From Zygnema circumcarinatum SAG 698-1b (Eukaryota > Plantae > Zygnematophyceae), in assembly GCA_037447605.1 (NCBI GenBank), contig CM074810.1:2266880-2330879 (forward strand): a stretch of 64,000 nucleotides of DNA, given 5' to 3'. Under the pieces are notes generated by a model, which saw nothing but the letters and a program-made list of their open reading frames with translations, had not been told where the DNA came from and made no database searches. Shown piece after piece: positions 1-11,000 of the stretch (its first letter is position 1; each line of letters begins with the position of its first letter). Both the position numbers and the translations under genes were made by a program.

Positions 1-221
1 GAGATAAGGTGAGGGAGAGTGAGAGGAAGAGGGAGAGAGGAGGGAGAGAGGGGGAGAGAGAGGGGAAGGGAGGGGGAGAGGGAGAGGGAGGGAGAGGCAG
101 AGAGGGGGGAGAGATAGGGAGAGAGGGAGAGGGAGAGAGGGGGAGAGAGAGCGAGGGAGAAGAGGGAAAGAGAGGAGAGGTAGAGTGAGAGGAGGGGAAG
201 AGAGAGGGAGAGAAAGAGAGC
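1..221. repeat. GA-rich low-complexity / microsatellite tract
   Basis: Sequence is almost entirely G and A in GAG/GGGA units. Confidence 0.9.
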
Positions 222-790
222 GAGAGAGGCAGCCATGGATGAAGCTATAGATGAGACAGCCATGGACGGACCTCAACGAGGGAGGCACATGTGATGAAGA
301 CCAAGTCCTTTCAGTCGAACAGAATTAGGTTGAACCGACACTTTAGGGTTAAGGGCTTTTAAGGAGAGGGCTGCATGTGCTTGGGCCCCTCCGGAGATGC
401 TGAAAGATATGGATTAGGGGTAGGGTTGAGGAACTAAAGCTGAAACCGAATTGAATCAGGACTGGAAGTGAAACTGAATATGACTGACAATTTTGAGCCT
501 GGGCGGAAAGAGATAGAAAGCGAATGCAACTACCCATAATTTCTTTTTTTTAAGAGCAGTCGACCATTTGGTAGGGTCTCTTTGTGAAGTAAACACGGCA
601 CTCGCCAACCTTGATAAAGTCATAAGTTTCGAAGCTCTGACCTTACCTCACCTCCTACCACTACGACTAAGCCTTGGCCTGGCTAGCGGGCAAAACCCAA
701 CATCAGCTATATTATAAATACATAATGCTAAAATTCCTTGTGACTTTATCAAGGTATGCCCTTACAGGGACTTCACTTCAGGAATGCCTT
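222..790. repeat. Dispersed ~570-bp non-coding repeat, copy 1 (others at ~44900-45480 and ~55595-55990, partial at ~15310-15390)
   Basis: Shared strings such as accaagtcctttcagtcgaacagaattaggtt, ttagggttaagggcttttaaggagagggctgcat, tgactgacaattttgagc and aaaattccttgtgacttt recur at these positions. Confidence 0.85.
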
Positions 791-928
791 GCCTCCATGG
801 ACATAAGAAACTCGTCCACACTGTACTTCGCACAGTCGAACAGAGTAAGCTTCGTCTGAACAGTCTAAGCCGGTAAGAGATTTTTCTTTTTAGAGAAACT
901 AAACTCTTACCAAAGACACTGCACATGC

Positions 929-1645
929 TCAGTCCTCGTATTCCATCAGCCTCAGCATGATCACTGCTTTTTCACATCCTCGCCACTTGGCTCGTACATA
1001 CCAATAGATGGCATTGTCATCGTCCTGATTTGTGCCAATCCCCTCGCGGTAACACCTCCCAATATTGTATTGACCGTCCAGATCTCCTCATTCTGCTTTC
1101 ATCGCAAAATAATTCTTAGCTCATTTGACGTTACAACGCCGCAATGCTCGATTCTCATAAACGTATCCCAATTTCACCATGGCTGAGGCATAGTCCTGCT
1201 TCGCTGCTAACTTATACCATGTCATAGCCTCTTTCAAGTCATAGTCAACACCCTCTCCCGATTCATAACACAGTCCGAGGTTAAACTGACCGCATAGACA
1301 TCCTTTCTCCACTGCCATTCTGAAGAGCTTCACAGCTTTAACAAAATTGCGGTCAACTCCTTTCCCCACCTTGTAACGTACTCCTAATGCAGACAGCGCT
1401 TGAGGGGAGTCTTCATACGAAGCCGCTTTGTACCTATGCGCAAAATTTCTGTTATTTGATTCCGCAAAATTGGGGGCAAGATGGTAAGCCGCTGCTTTAT
1501 CCCCCTCGACGCTGCTGTTATGGAACAGAAAACTTTCCTTTCTTATTATGTAAGACCCTTCTCCCGGCTCACATTGTACTGCCCTGAAGTGCTGCTTTCG
1601 CGATTGGGGCTCTGCAGGCTTGAGGAATCTTCTCCGCCTCTTCAT
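929..1645 (-). pseudogene. Locus A, decayed SEL1-like repeat tail (~4 recognisable repeats)
   Basis: ORF 1121-1645 contains ALSALGVRYKVGKGVDRNFVKAVKLFRMA and GQFNLGLCYESGEGVDYDLKEAMTWYKLAAKQ. The same frame continues through two TGA codons into GDLDGQYNIGRCYREGIGTNQDDDNAIYWYVRAKWRG, stopping at 929-931. Confidence 0.75.
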
Positions 1646-2304
1646 GAATTAAGAAGTTGAATGACGGCATGGAAGTTGAAAGCGTCAATTTGTTTAATCA
1701 CTAGCTGCAGCAATGCTTTTTCTTGTTCGTCTGTTTCCGTCCTCAGCGCATCCTCGATCTCTTGTTTAAGGGTTGCCATATTACGATTCATGACAAGCAG
1801 CGAAAAAGCGGTTGCTTCCTGTATGGTAGACAGAAACCGAACCAGTAAAGTTTCATCGACGCATTTACCTGCTTTAATCATAGTTATAATTTCTCTGCAC
1901 TGGATATTCACATCAGCGTTCAGCGCCTTGCCCCGATCTCGATCCGGCCCCGCATTCTCCCACACGCTCGACATTGAATTAGTGAACTCGAGAAGTTCAT
2001 TTAATACAGCAAAGTCGAAGGGGCGAATGATGAGGCCGGGAGGGGAAAGAGGGGAGGGAGCGAGAGAGGCAGAGGGGGAGGCCCTATGCAGAATTGGAAC
2101 TTCATCAGAGCAGACAGAGCCGGACGGCCCTGCATCTCCAACAGCAGAAGGTCTGCAATCCTTCACAATTTTTCGACCGGAAGAGATATTCTGTTGGCCT
2201 ACAGCATGAGGAAAGTTGTCAGCGCCAATCATCTCTAGGCCCTTCTGTTTTTCGTCTGATTCCGCCCTCAGATCCTCCTCGATCTCTTGTTTAAGGGTTG
2301 CCAC
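1642..2304 (-). CDS. Locus A exon 2: low-complexity linker plus a second, divergent 4HB-like copy
   Basis: Acceptor cctcag|GTGGCA at 2305/2304. The segment VLNELLEFTNSMSSVWENAGPDRDRGKALNADVNI resembles the exon-1 motif VNEILTLVDRALTVWENVKSHKEKGKAL. Confidence 0.62.
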   Translation of the reverse strand: MATLKQEIEEDLRAESDEKQKGLEMIGADNFPHAVGQQNISSGRKIVKDCRPSAVGDAGPSGSVCSDEVPILHRASPSASLAPSPLSPPGLIIRPFDFAVLNELLEFTNSMSSVWENAGPDRDRGKALNADVNIQCREIITMIKAGKCVDETLLVRFLSTIQEATAFSLLVMNRNMATLKQEIEDALRTETDEQEKALLQLVIKQIDAFNFHAVIQLLNS

Positions 2305-2737
2305 CTGAGGCGTCAAGGCAAGGAGGGGAATCACAAGTCAGCATTGTCGGAAATGCGTTAGTAAATGGATACAGGCAAAAACTTAGGGTCCAGGGACTCG
2401 GGTTCTGATAAGTTATTCACGCATTCTGAGACAATTTTTTAACTGGGGGACGGTTCAAATCTCTCCTCAATCTGCAGACGACACAGCCTTTATCCCGGCA
2501 GGCAAGTCAATCACAGACAGCGACAGGTGAATCTGCACATGCATAAACTTTCAAAGCCATCCCGGGAACTAACAGAATGCCATCCATTCATCGCTTCTCC
2601 TCCTCCTTCTTCTCCTACTACTTCTTCCAACATTCCGCCGCGACCTGCCCTCCGCCTTCAGCATTCATTCAGAGCATGCATTCTCCTTCCGATGGCCGCA
2701 CCACACAGCGCTACTCCAACCCCGCCTCAGGACACAC
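2305..2737 (-). other. Conserved phase-0 intron of the 4HB cassette (copies at 11915-12216, 13249-13556, 17058-17496, and split at 46597-46646/51620-51887)
   Basis: Donor GAG|GTG(C/T)GT and acceptor region (minus strand) ttccgacaatgctgacttgtgatt...tcag in all five copies. The read-through frame hits stops, and different coding modules start immediately after the acceptor. Confidence 0.75.
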
Positions 2738-3181
2738 CTCAACTTCTCGGTCGGGTCTTTTCACTGACTGGCGTCGAAGCAAAAGTTGCATCACCTCCTT
2801 TCCTTGATCGCATTGCTGTTGAATCATTGTGATGCTTCTGGCCATTAGCACGATCATAAAGGTCGCCTTGCAGGATACTAATTCATCCTTTACTTCTTGA
2901 AGCTCAGCTGAAATCCTTTTCGCAAAGCGGACTCGGTACGTCCAGTGTTTCGTGCACTGCGCAGCAACAGCGATTGCCTTCTCCATGGTAGACTTAAGTG
3001 GAACTAGTTTATCTTCCTCTACGCATTTTTGTTCAACCATAGTTCCTATGTCTTTTCGCAGGATCTTCACATCATCGCACAGCGCCTTGCCCTTCTCCTT
3101 ATGCGACTTCACATTCTCCCACACAGTCAACGCTCTATCAACGAGAGTGAGAATTTCATTCACTAAACCCACGGGATCCAT
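2738..3181 (-). CDS. Locus A exon 1: MLKL/RPW8/HeLo-like four-helix-bundle domain
   Basis: gccATG start. MDPVGLVNEILTLVDRALTVWENVKSHKEKGKAL...LKSTMEKAIAVAAQCTKHWTYRVRFAKRISAELQEVKDEL has the amphipathic helix pattern of MLKL N-terminal/RPW8-like domains (recognised by eye). Confidence 0.72.
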
Positions 3182-3429
3182 GGCGGGCGGGAAGGGCCAA
3201 CCGAGGCGGAGGTGGGATGGAGACGATGAAGGGAGACAGGGAGGGAGACGGGTAGGGAGGGAGGGAGACAGGGAGGGAGGGAGGGAGGGAGGAAGGGAGT
3301 AAGAGACCAGTTTCCCACGCGCGCTGTATGGCCGGTACCCGTAACGGTAGTCGTTTTCGCACGCTTCCGGACGTTTCCGTGAAGCTTCCGCCAAGACTAA
3401 CTACAGTACTGTAATCAACTTCCTGCTTT

Positions 3430-3750
3430 AACCAATCCTGTGCCGGCACGTGGCACTCACTAGAGGATCCGTCCGAATACTGCCGCCCGGCTTGAGCCTG
3501 ACTGCCTGCTAGCTTCTGCCGACAGTTAATCCTGTCTACGTGGCACGTGGTGATTGGGTGACCGCAGACTCGCACTTGCCGAGGGGTGCCTTAGGACTGC
3601 GCCCTCTTTAAGGAGCCGAGGCTTCCAGGCCGCGTCGGCGGACCTCATGTCGGCGCACGTGTGTACGAGGCAGCGATCGCTGGCCAGCCCGTGATTGGGC
3701 GCGCGAGATTTGGGGTGTGACTTTCTCGTTTTCCGTAGTGTGTCTAGATC
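3430..3750 (-). promoter_or_regulatory. Conserved upstream block of the 4HB genes with G-box (CACGTG) and CCAAT-type motifs
   Basis: Similar blocks upstream of A (3430-3750), C (14270-14555) and D (18130-18200), e.g. cacgtggcactc...ccgtcc(g/a)aata(c/t)(t/c)gccgccc and gtgattgggcgcgcgagattt. Confidence 0.45.
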
Positions 3751-3889
3751 CACTCGTTAGAGGGTGTGGGTTTCAGGGCTTTTAGGGCTTATACGATTCA
3801 CCCCCTCTGCTTTTAGGGATTTAGGGTTACAGTGTACTCGCGTTATAGTGACCATATCGGTCCCCACATATTTGTGTCACTATATCCGT

Positions 3890-6620
3890 TTTTATCGGGG
3901 GAGCAAACTTTCATTGAACTCGCGATGGCGAGGCCATCAAATGTACATGGATAAAGGCAAAATGTGGAACCACGAAGGACTGGTCACAAAGGACCGAAAC
4001 ACAATAAAACAAAGCTAGGAGCGGAAAACTACGCCTAGGCACAACAACGCAGCCCTAGAAGCAGCCGCGAAGGTCACCGATGTGAGGCACGTCGCGAGGA
4101 GGGAGCGGCGGAAGTCCACCAACACGGCCACCAACAACCGCAGCACGCCGGCTAGCCGTAGAGCGAGGCAACGCTGAAGGGCGACGGAAATACGCTGTCG
4201 ATAAAAGGTAGCCAAGATCGCCGGAGGAGGGCTTCCGTGTGGCCGCATCTCAAAGAGCGTATGGGCGACCGGGCGGCGAAGGTATCCAAACGGGTGTCGA
4301 GGCAGCCAAAAATCTCAATAGCCATAGAACAAACCTCGCCGGGTTGCATCACGGTGAGCATATGCACGCCCTTGGGCGTATAAGTCGCGATCACGCAGCA
4401 GCCACGCCTTCATGATGTGCCGCGACGCGATAATACAAATCGCGACGGGTTGATCGCCAACACAATATCCCCAAAAATACGCCGGGCACCATCCATAAGA
4501 GCCAAATCAGGGCGAACCCGCCGCTACTCTATCAATGGGTCGCGGGGACACTGTGTGGCTCTACCCCGCCGCACAAGGTAGTTAAATTTTCTTGAGCATC
4601 AGCAGCACCGTGATCGCTAAGCACAACATTATGAGCCAAAATAAGCGCTCATACAAGCATTATATCGGCATGAACGCCCCGGCGACGCCAACCGACCACC
4701 ACAAACACAACGAGAACCCCGCACGGCGGATGGGGAGCCCGAGACGGTCGCTACGTAAGCTGAAACTGGCCCGGGTCAAACGAAGGGTGGAAAATATCGG
4801 GTAACAGCCTAACCAAGCCCTACCGTGACTCAAGACAAGAGCGGTTTGTTAACGCCAGCAACATCGTAAGGAAGAGCCGCAATAAGGGTAGAGAACTCAA
4901 AGAAGAACAACCTCATCACCAAAGTGAGCTGACACGCGGAACGTATTCGGCCTACAAGAAGTTTAAACAAACCAGGGCGCACGAGCCTGAGCACTGTGAG
5001 GAAGCAAACCATGGGCATCACGCGAATGCAACCTCAAACGGAAGATCACCATCATCAACATGAGCTTACAACAGACCGGGCAACGCATCTATCAGCTACA
5101 ATAAAACGCCAAGCCAAAATAGTAGCAACGAGAGCCCAACTACCCAAAAACGCAGAAGGCGCCACACGAATTGTCGGGATGAGTCCTAAACCGCCCGCCG
5201 AATAGAGCGAGGTTTGGCAGACGCGTTTTATCTCTCCGTCGACGAAAAATACCAGACCCAAAGGCGCATGACATACGTAAAAACAAACGCCATCGAAAAG
5301 ATTGCAATGACTCAAGGAAAGCAGTGGTTAGGAGGGAGAGTTCGCAAAAGGTAAGGACTGACGCAGCAAAACAACGAAGTAAGCAAAGAAAAAGCCACCG
5401 AGGATTCCTCAAAGATGTGGAAGCTCATCGACCAGACGATCCTCAACCAAAGCATCATCAACAAAACGATCAACATAAGATGCAACGCCAAAAGGGCAGC
5501 CAAAAACACGAAAACCAATTCCAACAGCACAAGACTGGATACCACAAGGGAGCGAAAGGGAAGAAGGGATACCAACCGGAGACCAAGCAAAACACTGACA
5601 AATTTATCATTAAACGCGAGATACGCTAATCGAAAGTAGTAACCAGTAAACGCACCATCTCTGGTCACAGGCCAATGATAAGAGTACTGCCGCCATCGGC
5701 GGAAAAAGGCAGCCGAAAGCATGTGCCGAAGCTCGAAGCGCACGAATGTGCGCCAAAGCGAACAAAGGACCGCCTAAAGGGTCGCCTTGGCGGGTCCCGG
5801 TCGCAGACTCCAAGGTCGCCACTCCACCAGACGCATCGCCAAGAGGAAAAAGGAGCGGGCTCGAACGAGAATAAAATGTGCGCACAAAAGGAAAAAGGGA
5901 CGCAATCGGTGCAGGGGCCTCTCGAAACTCGCGAAAAATCTCATGACGATACACCGTATTAAAAGCATTTGTCACATCAACCTGCAAAACAACCCAATCA
6001 GGGTGAAGATCCAACGTCGCACGAATGCCATGAACTACGGCCTTGCAGCCCCCAGGGGTCGCCACACCAAACTGATAAGGGGAAAAATGGTCCTGAAAGG
6101 CCCCTTGTAACTGAAAACACATAGCGCGAGCAACCATGCGATACAAAACCTCCCCTACGGCTATGGGGCGAACTCCCCCTGCGGGCTTGGCAAGGGCAAC
6201 CAAACGAGCTGACGTAAGAATATGACTCACAGACGAGGGAACACGACCCTGCGATATGACACAAGCAAGCTGAAAAAGCAAACCAAACCCACTATCCCCG
6301 GTGTCTGGAGAAAACATATCACGAAGCAACTCATAAACCATGCCCGAAGGCCCCCCTGCAGACAAATGAGGGGAGCGAGTAAGCGCCCGAATGAAAGCGG
6401 CACGATCAAGCACAAACGAGTCGACAGGCTCAAAAGTGTCGATGAAGGAAGGGACATCCGCAGGCGCATCCGGANNNNNNNNNNAGCATCACGAACACAA
6501 ACACGCAAAGCCCGTGGGATACGAGCGTAAAGACGAGGACGACGGGACCCAACAAAAAACGACCCAAGGACATCTAAAGACCGAGCATACGCCCAAGCAG
6601 CCGGACTAGGCCCAACATGC
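3890..6620 (-). mobile_element. Non-LTR retrotransposon with RT and restriction-like endonuclease (CRE/R2-like), degenerate
   Basis: RT motifs VRPIAVGEVLYR, QFGVA, DVTNAFN, GTRQGDPLGGPLF (ORF 5610-6413). Downstream are a decayed Cys/His knuckle (~4600-4720) and RVRPDLALMDGARRIFGDIV (~4460-4530), a PD-(D/E)xK-like motif. N-gap at 6475-6484. Confidence 0.85.
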
Positions 6621-8095
6621 AAAGTAGACCCAGGGGTGGCAGTGACGGGTAGAGAAGAAGAGGGAGTTTTTATCCGTTTGTCACTTCACATGTATAATGC
6701 CAATGTTCTTACAGATGTTTTTACGGGATATCCGTACACCTTTGATACGTCAAGGTGCTTGTTCTGGTTGTTTTTACCACACAAAGCTTCTCTTAATATA
6801 CTTCCATAGTAGTGTCACGGCCGCCCTTGCACGCCCTTGCATTCTGCCAACCGACGGAGCCAAACGACCATCTTCAACAGTGGTCCCCGTAAACATACGG
6901 GGCACCGACCTACGGTAGCTTAGCCGTACGGCTTTACCGCCCGCCAGGTTCTTTTCCTCAGTCCGCGTGGCACAACTTGATTCGCCACCGACATTCCGAA
7001 GAGGCACTACGGTGGTTTCGCACCGCCGCTTTGCGCACCGCCATAGATGTCCATCCATCTCGCCATGTTTCGCGCCCCGCGCTCCACGCACACGCCGCGA
7101 CCAATCAGCGCTCTGTATCCGTACACTCACGCGCCGCACCGTACGATTGCAAGCTTGTCCAAACTCCGCGCGCGCTACGCGCACACCCCCCCCCCCCCAC
7201 CTAAAGGCCTGTACGGCCGCCTAGACAATCCTCCATACTATAGAAACACTATGAGCACAGCCCTCCCTTAGTAGTGCCAACAAAAACATGCTAATCTAAA
7301 CTAACTATATACAAATTAATTTCGTATTAAAAACCAAAACTGGAGGCAAAAACAAGAACAGTCTTTATTTGAAAGAATTTTATTCCTTTGAACAGCCTAA
7401 ATCTTTAACTTCATTTGTTCTCAACCTGTTTGGTCCTTAAGAAAAAGGAAAAAATGGAGTACAACCTCTGAATCTAAGGGTGACTGACTGCCTAACTTTT
7501 GGGCAAAGGATTTAATAATAAACAAATAATTTAACGAACAAAAGTTTAACGCAAGCCCCTCTACCACTTTTTAGAGCTATAAATTGCGAAAGCTCAACAC
7601 TCCAATCATCATACGAGCACTGCTTCCTTTTGACTTCAGATTAGGGTTTTGTAGATTTCGAAGCGATTTAGGGTTCCACCCCCCCTAGAAGCGCCTGCAT
7701 CGAACATTATTCGTATTCACTGAAAGACTGACTACGCTCGAGTTGACTTACGTGTTCTGTTCGGAGTGCTACAAAAACAAGTAAACAAAAGAAGAGTAAA
7801 GACTAAAGACTAAGTAGACAGAATTTGAAGATAAAAACACTCACTCATACTTCATGGCCTCCTAAATCACAACCTGAATATTATTCTCCAGAAGAGATTC
7901 TCGATCAACTCCGCCTTCAAGTGGCCTTGACCCGCCGCCCTCTGCATATAATCTCTCACCGTTTCTACGTTTTTTGTTACGCCCGTTTGTCAAAAGATCA
8001 CGTTCCCACGTTAAACAAAGCGTCCTTGAACCCTTGTGTTCTTACTTTGAGCCTTGTCTCTCTCACTAACTTCCCCACCCCTTCCTTCACCACCC

Positions 8096-11000
8096 CTATT
8101 GTACATTACACCCTGTCCCTATTTTTAGTATCCGAAACATATTTGCAGCCTCTGCATGGGATTGGTCTGCCGCTTTTGTGAGCATTTTCACCGCTCGTTT
8201 CATGTCCTTTCGAATAATTCCGTTGCCGTCTGCAAAAATCTTGCCCAACTGAAACTGTGCGTAAGCATCTCCTTGATCCGCCGCCTTTTGAAGCAACTCT
8301 ACAGCGCGATTCATGTCTCTTGTAACACCCCAACCATTCTTGTAGCAGAGACCTAAATTGAACCAGGCCTCAGGATAGCCATTCTCTGCAGCGCGCATAT
8401 AAAACTGAACGGCCTTTTCCATGTTCTTTGGGACTCCATTTCCGTTCTTGTAGCACCAAGCTAAAGAGTTCTGAGCAGCAGGAAGACCATTATCTGCAGC
8501 GAGCATATAAAACTGAGCAGCCTTTTCCATGTCCTTAGGGACTCCATTTCCATTCTCGTAACACCAACCTAAATTGTTTTGGGCCGCAGGAAGGCCATTC
8601 TCCGCAGCGCGCATATAAAGTTGAACGGCCTTTTCTATGTCCTTAGGGACTCCGTTTCCGTTCTTGTAGCACCAACCTAAAGAGTTTTGGGCCGCAGGAA
8701 GGCCATTCTCTGCAGCGCGCGTATAAAGCTGAATGGCCCTTTCCATGTCCTTTTGAATGATTCCGTTCCCGTCCGCAAAAATCACGCCCAACAGAAACTG
8801 TGCGTCGTCATCTCCTTGATCCGCCGCCTTTTGAAGCAACTCTACAGCGCGATTCATGTCTCTTGTAACACCCCAACCATTCTTGTAGCAGAGACCTAAA
8901 TTGAACCAGGCCTCAGGATAGCCATTCTCTGCAGCGCGCATATAAAACTGAACGGCCTTTTCCATGTTCTTTGGGACTCCATTTCCGTTCTTGTAGCACC
9001 AAGCTAAAGAGTTCTGAGCAGCAGGAAGACCATTATCTGCAGCGAGCATATAAAACTGAGCAGCCTTTTCCATGTCCTTAGGGACTCCATTTCCATTCTC
9101 GTAACACCAACCTAAATTGTTTTGGGCCGCAGGAAGGCCATTCTCCGCAGCGCGCATATAAAGTTGAACGGCCTTTTCTATGTCCTTAGGGACTCCGTTT
9201 CCGTTCTTGTAGCACCAACCTAAAGAGTTTTGGGCCGCAGGAAGGCCATTCTCTGCAGCGCGCGTATAAAGCTGAATGGCCCTTTCCATGTCCTTTTGAA
9301 TGATTCCGTTCCCGTCTGCAAAAATCTTCCCCAACTGAAACTGTGCGTCTGCATCTCCTTGATCCGCCGCCTTTTGAAGCAACTCTACAGCGCGATTCAT
9401 GTCTCTTGTAACAAAACTACCGGTCATATATAGCAACCCTAAATTGACCTGGGCCTCAGAATCGCCATTCTCTGCAGCGTGCGCATGAAGCTGAACGGCC
9501 CGTTCCATGTCCTTTTGAAAAACTGCACCTCCTTGATCTGCCGCCTTTTGAAGCAGCTCTATAGCGTGATTTATGTCCCATGTAACACCCCTACCGGTCA
9601 TGTACAACATCGCTAAATTGACCTGAGCGTGAGGATAGCAGCAGCGCATATAAAGCTGAGCGGCCTGTTCCATGTCCTTCGGGACTCCATTCCCGTACTC
9701 GTAGCACACACCTAAACTGAATTGGGCCGCAGGATGGCCATTCTTTGCACTGCGCATATAAAACTGAACAGCCTGTTTCATGTCCATTTCAATGATTTCG
9801 TTCCCGTTTGCGAAAATCACCCCCAACTGAAACTGTGCGTCTGCATCTCCTTGATCCGCTGCCATTTTAAACAACTCTACAGCGCGACTCATGTCTTTTG
9901 TAACAAAACTACCGGTCATGTACAGCAACCCTAAAGTGCACTGAACCTCAGGATCACCATTCTCTGCAGCACGCTCATGTAGCTGCTGAACAAACCGTTC
10001 CATGCGCTCTTGAAAAATTGCACCTCCTTGATCCGCCGCCTTTTGAAGCAGCTCTATAGCGCGATTCATGTCCCATATAACATCCGTACCGGTCATGTAC
10101 AACAACCCTAAAAAGTGCTGGGCATGAGAATGACCATTCTCTGCAGCGCGCATAAAAAACTGAACTGCCTTTTCCTTGTCCTTGGCGACTCCATCTCCGT
10201 TGTGGTAGCATACACCCAAGCTGTTTTGGGCTTCAGGAAGGCCATTCTCTGCAGCGAGCTTATAAAGCTGAACAGCCCGTTCCATGTCCTTTGGGACTCC
10301 GTTCCCGTTAGCGTAGCACATACCTAAATTGCATTGAGCCTCAGGACTACCATTCTCTGCAGCGCGAACATAAAGCTGAACGGCCCGTTTCATGTCCTTG
10401 GGGACTCCATATGCTTTTTGGTAACACAGACCTAAATTNNNNNNNNNNGCCGCAGGAAGGCCATTCTCCGCAGCGCGCATATAAAGTTGAACGGCCTTTT
10501 CTATGTCCTTAGGGACTCCGTTTCCGTTCTTGTAGCACCAACCTAAAGAGTTTTGGGCCGCAGGAAGGCCATTCTCTGCAGCGCGCGTATAAAGCTGAAT
10601 GGCCCTTTCCATGTCCTTTTGAATGATTCCGTTCCCGTCTGCAAAAATCTTCCCCAACTGAAACTGTGCGTCTGCATCTCCTTGATCCGCCGCCTTTTGA
10701 AGCAACTCTACAGCGCGATTCATGTCTCTTGTAACAAAACTACCGGTCATATATAGCAACCCTAAATTGACCTGGGCCTCAGAATCGCCATTCTCTGCAG
10801 CGTGCGCATGAAGCTGAACGGCCCGTTCCATGTCCTTTTGAAAAACTGCACCTCCTTGATCTGCCGCCTTTTGAAGCAGCTCTATAGCGTGATTTATGTC
10901 CCATGTAACACCCCTACCGGTCATGTACAACATCGCTAAATTGACCTGAGCGTGAGGATAGCAGCAGCGCATATAAAGCTGAGCGGCCTGTTCCATGTCC

